DNA from: a virus
Taxonomy: Duplodnaviria > Caudoviricetes
IMG/VR virus record: IMGVR_UViG_3300020161_001213
Coordinates: 1 to 31,540 of that record
Direction: 5' to 3' (one strand)
Length of the DNA stretch: 31,540 nt
The position numbers and the translations under genes are program-made. Of this stretch, positions 25,685 through 31,540 are shown piece by piece. The number at the start of each line of letters is the position of its first letter. Position 1 is the stretch's first letter. The notes under the pieces were generated by a model that saw only the letters and a program-made list of their open reading frames with translations, had not been told where the DNA came from and ran no database searches.

Positions 25685-27650
25685 TGGAGGATAGTCTTAG
25701 AATGGCGGCTGAATAGAAGTCAATGTCGTGCGCGATTTGAATATCTTCAATTTCACGCTTCGCGGCCTCTGAAATTTCTTTTGGCTGTTTTAGATAGGTT
25801 TGAATAGAAGATTCCCAAGCGCTTTCTTCTTCATTAGAAATGATTGAAGACACAAGTTCTTTAACTACTGCTTGCTGGGAGTCGCTCATTTCCTTTACCT
25901 TGAACTTTTTCTTAACGGCGGCGTCAACCTTAGATTGCAAACCAGAGACTTTTCCACTTAGATTCGTTAAGGCTTTAACGCTAAATGAAGCTTTAGCAGA
26001 ACCAATTGGCGAAGGTGTAGTTGAGGTTTTTGGAGCTTTGCTTCCTTGCGGGCGGCCAACCTGCCCCGGCGTTTTGCTGGAAACTTGTTGACCTACCTGC
26101 TTAGCTTGCATTTTCGCGGCCTTGTCTGCTGTATCTGCCTGCCTACGAAGGATTTCCGATGCGCCTCCAACAATAGGCAGATAAAGGTCATCTTGCTTAT
26201 ACTCAGTGAAGCGCTTCTGGCTTTCTAGCGAATCTTCGGGCGTTGGCATTTTGCCAGTCCGCATGTTCTCGAATAGCTCTTCTGGAGTCAGGAATCCAAG
26301 TTGAGCCATTGATACTGCAAGCTTAGAATATTGTAGTTCGTCTTTCAGAGACAGGTCTTCAAAGATGGCTGTAGGATATACTCGCGCCCCAATTGCTTTG
26401 CACACGCGCTTAATTTCGGGCTGTAGGAAATTATGAAGAAATGCTTGACGTGCTTCTTTGAGGCGCTCTAGGAAAACCTGAACCTTGATTGACGTGTTAG
26501 CGAACTTCTCACCGGAATCAAAAAGAATAGCGTTAAGTCCAATATTAATATCCTTATCTAGCTGCTCGTATTTCTGAGGTCCAAGAATTTTATCAATATC
26601 TGGGATATTCCACGCCATTTTTACTGTGTGGTCAGTAATTAGGGTGCGGGCGACGCTTTCGTTTTGGAAAAGATTGCGGATTGTATCGGCAACCGCTGGG
26701 TTGAAGTTGCGGCCCTGATTATATTCCGTTTCCGGCTCACCAATATTAATTAATAGTAGCGCCCGCTCTGTGGTGCGCGCCATTGAGAGGTCAATTCGCT
26801 TGAACTCTAGCTTAGTCTCAATATCTTTGAGCACTCCAAACGCCATAGGCACCGCCATTGGGTCGTAATCCTGAGCTTTGTAAAGCAAAACAGAAACTCT
26901 ATTACTATCTAGCGGAATTTGCGCAGTGCTGGAACCGCTATCAATAGCTTTCTTAATTTCTGGGTCTAGGGACTTGTAAAGCTCTCTGGCTTCATCAGAA
27001 TCTTGCTTTTTAAGGCGGGCCAACTCGTAAGTAGATAGAGTTTTATAGTATGTAGGCGAACCAAACATAATGTCGCCGCCCGCTAGAATAGCTTCTGGAT
27101 TTAGAAGAACGTATTTAAGTGGGATTTTGCCTACAGACGACGCTCCGTAAACCTGCGTCATCTTTTTCATCTGAGCTTGCTGGACCTTCCCGTCAAATCT
27201 ATAAAGAAAGACATTCCCAGAACGAAACCACTCACGAAAGAACTGTTCTTTTAGATGCCAAAGGTTAATCTTCTCAAACCAAGCTGCAATAAAGTCGCGA
27301 GTGCTCTTATTTCCTCCCTGTAGATAGATATTACTATTGGAAAGCTCGCCCATTACTTCTACGACGTTACGAAGAAGCGGGAAAGCCCAATATGCTTTGA
27401 CGCAAAGTTTAATCTGGTCCCCAGTGCTAAAATAAGAAGAGTTGCTGCCAGTTTTAAATGGAGAAACAAACTTCTCTAGGTTAGGATAGCTCTGCTGGGG
27501 AAACTCTAATGTTTCACTCTTAGAGCGCGCCGCCAACGCAAAGTCCTTGGAGCGAGTATCTTCTACGTCAGCTACCATTGGCATAATCCACCCGTTCTGG
27601 TTTGGGGTGGGGGCTTTAGCTGATATTTTTTCTTTTTTAAGTCGCGCCAT
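25668..27650 (-). CDS. Portal protein (660 aa, C-terminal extension)
   Basis: KAYWAFPLLRNVVEVMGE, REWFRSGNVFLYR, INIGLN and GFLTPEE are portal-like; lies after the terminase. Confidence 0.85.
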   Translation of the reverse strand: MARLKKEKISAKAPTPNQNGWIMPMVADVEDTRSKDFALAARSKSETLEFPQQSYPNLEKFVSPFKTGSNSSYFSTGDQIKLCVKAYWAFPLLRNVVEVMGELSNSNIYLQGGNKSTRDFIAAWFEKINLWHLKEQFFREWFRSGNVFLYRFDGKVQQAQMKKMTQVYGASSVGKIPLKYVLLNPEAILAGGDIMFGSPTYYKTLSTYELARLKKQDSDEARELYKSLDPEIKKAIDSGSSTAQIPLDSNRVSVLLYKAQDYDPMAVPMAFGVLKDIETKLEFKRIDLSMARTTERALLLINIGEPETEYNQGRNFNPAVADTIRNLFQNESVARTLITDHTVKMAWNIPDIDKILGPQKYEQLDKDINIGLNAILFDSGEKFANTSIKVQVFLERLKEARQAFLHNFLQPEIKRVCKAIGARVYPTAIFEDLSLKDELQYSKLAVSMAQLGFLTPEELFENMRTGKMPTPEDSLESQKRFTEYKQDDLYLPIVGGASEILRRQADTADKAAKMQAKQVGQQVSSKTPGQVGRPQGSKAPKTSTTPSPIGSAKASFSVKALTNLSGKVSGLQSKVDAAVKKKFKVKEMSDSQQAVVKELVSSIISNEEESAWESSIQTYLKQPKEISEAAKREIEDIQIAHDIDFYSAAILRLSSNELHD

Positions 27651-27659
27651 AATTTTCTT

Positions 27660-27667
27660 TTACACTA
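27660..27667 (-). promoter_or_regulatory. Putative late-promoter motif TAGTGTAA upstream of the portal gene
   Basis: About 10 nt upstream of the ATG at 27650. Confidence 0.65.
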
Positions 27668-27675
27668 GATTGGGA

Positions 27676-28572
27676 TTATATTTTCTTAGAATCGAATAAA
27701 AATTGCAAGTCAAATTCACTAGGCCCGCCTTTTATCCTCAATATCTCTACTAAAACCCTAGAGGATTCATAGCGCCCGCCCGCAAATAAAAACTGTATGT
27801 TACTGAAGGTTTCACATAGCCCGCGCATCCGCGCACAGTAGAATTCAGACGGGGCTTTAATGAATTTATGAGTATTTGCTACATTTAGCTGTAATAGAGT
27901 CTCTAGTTTCTCCTCTACCAATACCACTAGATAAAACCCAAGCTCGGCGGCTCTGGAAACCTCTTCTTTAAACCGCTCATATCCCTGAGACATTGTTCCG
28001 CAGAAGTCCTCTAGGCTTTTTCTCTCTACAAATGAGTTGTGGAAATGATTTTGGCACGTATAGTCGCCAACATCCAGTTTAGCAACTGAAGTTTTGCACG
28101 ATAGCTTTAATGGGTTCTGCTCGCGAGTATCAACTAGAATGTGAAGTGGGTCGGAAGTTTTCTCTGGCGTCTCGTCGTAAGAATAGCGAGCTTCTAAACC
28201 CTGAGCAGCGCAAACCTCATTGTAATCTAGTCCTAGTTTATGAACTAAAGCGGGACTTGGAAAAACACAAGTGCGCGCCTCTGCTGTTGATGGCGCGTAT
28301 TTGAGACTCTTTGTGTTCTTGCGCCCAGATATAATGTTTCCAAGATTTCCTGCCCCTTCTTTAAGCAAGTAGTTCACCATATTCTCACGATTCTCGAAAA
28401 ACGAGTTAATATAGTGTATGTCGTCCTTATATTCTAGCGGCTCACCCGTAAGCAAATCCTTCCTATCGTAGTATTTAATGCAATACTCTTTTAGGGACAA
28501 CCCGCTCTCCCGCAAGTGTTTGATAAACTCCTTACGGTCGCTATATTCTTGGTTATTTATCAGTGATAACAT
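27676..28572 (-). CDS. ERCC4/XPF-family structure-specific nuclease
   Basis: ILVDTREQ…LDVGDY…FVERKSLEDF is the ERCC4 signature (VDxRE, GDxnERKxxxD). Confidence 0.88.
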   Translation of the reverse strand: MLSLINNQEYSDRKEFIKHLRESGLSLKEYCIKYYDRKDLLTGEPLEYKDDIHYINSFFENRENMVNYLLKEGAGNLGNIISGRKNTKSLKYAPSTAEARTCVFPSPALVHKLGLDYNEVCAAQGLEARYSYDETPEKTSDPLHILVDTREQNPLKLSCKTSVAKLDVGDYTCQNHFHNSFVERKSLEDFCGTMSQGYERFKEEVSRAAELGFYLVVLVEEKLETLLQLNVANTHKFIKAPSEFYCARMRGLCETFSNIQFLFAGGRYESSRVLVEILRIKGGPSEFDLQFLFDSKKI

Positions 28573-30506
28573 TAAAAAGCAATTGGAATGAAAGTTGGCA
28601 GCGGCGGCGCACTATCGCCTTTTATCATATTAAAGTAGTGCTTACTTGAATAATACGCCATCAATAGGCAGGTATAGTTATCGCGGCGGGCACGCTTTTC
28701 GCTTGTTGATTTACGAAGGTGAGTCGGAATATTGTATTGGAGAGTGGTTCCTGAACCAATAGACTTAACTTCAATCAGCGCCATTTGACGCTTAGTTTGC
28801 ACTACCCAATCTTCTTGGTCGTCAATAAAATCAACTAGGTCGTAAACCTTGTCATCGTGGTCCTTGAATTTGTACGGGAAGGAGAAGTCTTTGATAATGC
28901 TCTGATATAAGTCCTCGATATGCTGAATGCCCGAGCCAAACCATATCTTAGAAGAGGAAACACCGTCTTGCAGGTATTCATTCATAGTTCTCAATGTTGG
29001 CGCTGAGAACGGCTGAGCGTATATGATACGCTTGGTTAGTAGATTATGCTGATTGCGGGCGGCTTTAACTGCTTTCCCGTATTCCTGCAAATCATCAGAG
29101 GCGAGTTCTGCGTCAATGTATTTTAGAGAAGCTTCTACGCCAAATGTCTTCTGGAATATAACAGAGTTATTATAACCGTTGATAAATTCAGTGCCCGAGC
29201 CGTCAATTGCCACCCACACAATATTAAAGTGCGTTAAGATATATGTTAAATACTCATAATGCTCAGAAATATCGCAGCCCGCCTTGCCATACGAGTGAAC
29301 TTGGATAATGCGTCCGTCTTCTGGAACTAGCATATAAACGCCCATTGCAAAATAGTCACTTGTCTTAGCGGTTCCGTAAGAAGGGTCAATTGCTAGGACA
29401 TATTCGCTACGTTTATTACCGTATAGCTGAACGGTTGGGTATTTGCCATCTGGAACCGTGCATTCGTGAAGCTTCTTAATATCAAAGTAACTGTCGCTTG
29501 CATCTACGAACTCAGCGCCATATTCGCGGCGCACCACAGGGTTATTCTCCTTGCCCTTGACTGCCTCATTAAGAACGGACTCGTCCATAATAGAGCCTGC
29601 TGGCGGCGCATTATAGGCGAATCTAACAACGAAGTGAGTAGGAGTTGTTAACAAGTCCTTTTCAATATCCTTGTGGCGCTCGTTCTTTTTGCCGCGAATT
29701 GCGTCAATATAAGGAACGAACAATCCTTCATAAAGATACTCAAACTGATAAGAGGCCGAGCTAGTAACAATCATCTTGTTATTAGGGAATATTGTGCGGT
29801 CTTCTTCCTTCATTTTGCCCGCCGCAATCATTTTGTCTTCGCGCTCTTTTGTTTCTGCCTGTTCTTTAGCGTTCAACTTTGCCGTCAAGAAGGGGCGAAG
29901 AATGGTATCTTGAATGTGTTCACTAACAAGCAAGCCCTCGTCAATAAGTAGCACGTTAGCACGCTCACCACGAAGGTTCTCACCGCCGCCCAGTGGTAAA
30001 CCTTTAATAATGGCTTCGTTTAGACATTTAAGAGTCCAACCCGACTGGTCTTTGCCAATCTTAGGCTTGAGTCCTGACTTGTCGGCAGTTTCAAAGCACT
30101 GTCTGAGTAGCGCGCAATTGGGATGGCTAAGGAACTTCTCCATCTGGCCGAAAATGTCCTTAGAGCGGCGCATGTTGGAGCTTGTTAGGACAATCTTAGT
30201 GCCGGGATTAAAAATCAGGTATAGAAGAATGAATACGGCGAGAAGATAGCTTTTACCAACGCCGCGCCCTGCCACTACAAGCGAATAGTCCTTCTTAAAC
30301 CAAGCCTTTAAGAATAGCTCCTGAAAGGGCCAAACTTTGAACTGGCCGCCCGTTAGGTATTCCCAAGTAAAGCCAAGGTCATACTCCATGATTTCGCCCA
30401 AATACTCGCGGGCCTGAATTTCAGACAAGTTTCCTTGAACCTTGGACAGTCTTTCCAGAACGTCGCAGGATTTGTCCTTGCGCTCAACTCCCACTTCCCA
30501 GCCCAT
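28572..30506 (-). CDS. terL: Terminase large subunit
   Basis: Walker A GRGVGKS, LRG motif, Walker B VLLIDE, TSSA coupling motif, RNase H-like LAIDPS…SDYFA…RDNY. Confidence 0.93.
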   Translation of the reverse strand: MGWEVGVERKDKSCDVLERLSKVQGNLSEIQAREYLGEIMEYDLGFTWEYLTGGQFKVWPFQELFLKAWFKKDYSLVVAGRGVGKSYLLAVFILLYLIFNPGTKIVLTSSNMRRSKDIFGQMEKFLSHPNCALLRQCFETADKSGLKPKIGKDQSGWTLKCLNEAIIKGLPLGGGENLRGERANVLLIDEGLLVSEHIQDTILRPFLTAKLNAKEQAETKEREDKMIAAGKMKEEDRTIFPNNKMIVTSSASYQFEYLYEGLFVPYIDAIRGKKNERHKDIEKDLLTTPTHFVVRFAYNAPPAGSIMDESVLNEAVKGKENNPVVRREYGAEFVDASDSYFDIKKLHECTVPDGKYPTVQLYGNKRSEYVLAIDPSYGTAKTSDYFAMGVYMLVPEDGRIIQVHSYGKAGCDISEHYEYLTYILTHFNIVWVAIDGSGTEFINGYNNSVIFQKTFGVEASLKYIDAELASDDLQEYGKAVKAARNQHNLLTKRIIYAQPFSAPTLRTMNEYLQDGVSSSKIWFGSGIQHIEDLYQSIIKDFSFPYKFKDHDDKVYDLVDFIDDQEDWVVQTKRQMALIEVKSIGSGTTLQYNIPTHLRKSTSEKRARRDNYTCLLMAYYSSKHYFNMIKGDSAPPLPTFIPIAF

Positions 30507-31540
30507 TAGACAATCTCCTCTTCTGCTACTCCGAATAGCTGGGCGCGCAAATCATCCATACTTGTAATTCGCTCAACCTCTTGTTTGCGGCGCTCTTTTC
30601 TGAATTCTAGATACTGCACAACCTTTTTACGCTCTTTGGCGTCGCGGAAAGCCTCAATTAGTTTTAGAACGCTCTCTGAGTTTGCGCCCAGCTTACCAAG
30701 ACGGTCGGCGCGCTTTCCATTAAGGTCTTGTAGAACCTTATCCAAACGCTTAGTGGTGCTATCAATTTGCGACCGAGTATTATTAATAAGCTCTACAACT
30801 GACATTGGCGGCATCTTCTCTTCAGCGGTAATTCTTTCCTTTAGCTCTACGAGGTCTGCCTCCTCTTTCTTCATTCGGTCGATGCGAACTTTACCTTCGC
30901 AGTAGCTAACATACATTTCAACCTCTTCTTCGGTCAAATCGGGCTTATCATAGCACATACGAATAAACGTGCTCTCGAAAAGCTCCCGCTCGCTCTTTTT
31001 CCTAAGACTGTTCATCTCATAGGAAAAGCGATTGATATTCATATACCCCATTAGGCGAGTCAAACTCTCCTTTTGGTTCGGGGTCATCTTATCTTCCTTG
31101 TAGTTCGCCGCCGTATATTTGTTTACGCGAGTAAATACATGAGTAAAGCTGCGGGGTGGGTAGTAAAGACTGTCCACCAAGTCGTCAGTTTCCTTTTTAA
31201 TCTCTGATGGTTTGTCGGGAGAATCTACTGTGTCGTAGTAGGCTTTAACGGCGCGAAACTCATTAGAGGTAAAAGACAGTTTATCATCATTAAACATCAT
31301 GCGCGCAATCTCAATCGGGCGCATCATAATGTGCTTGACTACGAATTCCTTTTGAGTGTTTGTAAGGGAGTCAGCATCAACCTGAACTACCTTTTTCTGC
31401 GTGCGCTCTGCTAGATACTTACGAACCGCTACGCCCTGCGGGTCACGCAGCGTATATTTCGCGCCGCAAACCTTCTTTACAATCAACTTAATGTCATTCT
31501 CGCCGCCGCCCCATGCTTTATCCACCGCAAGGCGCTCGGC
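30506..31540 (-). CDS. Putative terminase small subunit, probably truncated by the window edge
   Basis: Frame stays open past the GTG at 31525 to the edge (AERLAVDK…); HTH-like RPIEIARMMF plus coiled coil; coupled to terL (TAATG). Confidence 0.55.
   Translation of the reverse strand, partial: AERLAVDKAWGGGENDIKLIVKKVCGAKYTLRDPQGVAVRKYLAERTQKKVVQVDADSLTNTQKEFVVKHIMMRPIEIARMMFNDDKLSFTSNEFRAVKAYYDTVDSPDKPSEIKKETDDLVDSLYYPPRSFTHVFTRVNKYTAANYKEDKMTPNQKESLTRLMGYMNINRFSYEMNSLRKKSERELFESTFIRMCYDKPDLTEEEVEMYVSYCEGKVRIDRMKKEEADLVELKERITAEEKMPPMSVVELINNTRSQIDSTTKRLDKVLQDLNGKRADRLGKLGANSESVLKLIEAFRDAKERKKVVQYLEFRKERRKQEVERITSMDDLRAQLFGVAEEEIV

Noticed and set aside
28572-30506. Intein or intron in the terminase
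   Set aside because: Continuous ORF of ordinary length with no intein terminal motifs seen.
2075-30905. Numerous short plus-strand and alternate-frame ORFs
   Set aside because: All overlap long coherent minus-strand genes and show no recognisable motifs.
1-31540. Alternative genetic code, tRNA or rRNA genes
   Set aside because: Standard-code ORFs tile the strand with tight coupling, and the intergenic gaps are too short and lack tRNA structure.

Overview
The window is a contiguous minus-strand morphogenesis and lysis region of a large tailed dsDNA phage. No sheath gene is visible, so it is probably siphovirus-like, and a lipoprotein spanin points to a Gram-negative host. Transcription runs right to left: putative terminase small subunit (truncated), terminase large subunit, ERCC4/XPF-family nuclease, portal, small protein, a solo TnpB insertion, u-spanin/holin/GH46-like endolysin, hypothetical protein, prohead protease-scaffold, decoration protein, major capsid protein with terminator, small proteins, repeat-rich fibre, Gly-rich protein, head-tail joining proteins, tail tube, tail chaperones, a 2418-aa tape measure protein (TMP) and a truncated distal tail gene. 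Highlights: (1) the TMP carries tandem enzyme-like modules (HExxH metallopeptidase, ART-like, ParB/Srx-like, HeH-like) separated by AGG/SGG linkers, two of which share an exact in-frame 23-bp DNA repeat; (2) a recurrent putative late-promoter motif (T/A)(A/G)GTGTA(A/G), with an 18-bp exact copy inside the protease gene ahead of an in-frame scaffold start; (3) a catalytically intact TnpB with an IS607-like tnpA remnant, apparently inserted into one of these promoters; (4) apparent absence of GATC and excess GGCGGC. All family calls come from motif recognition and synteny by eye; no database searches were run.
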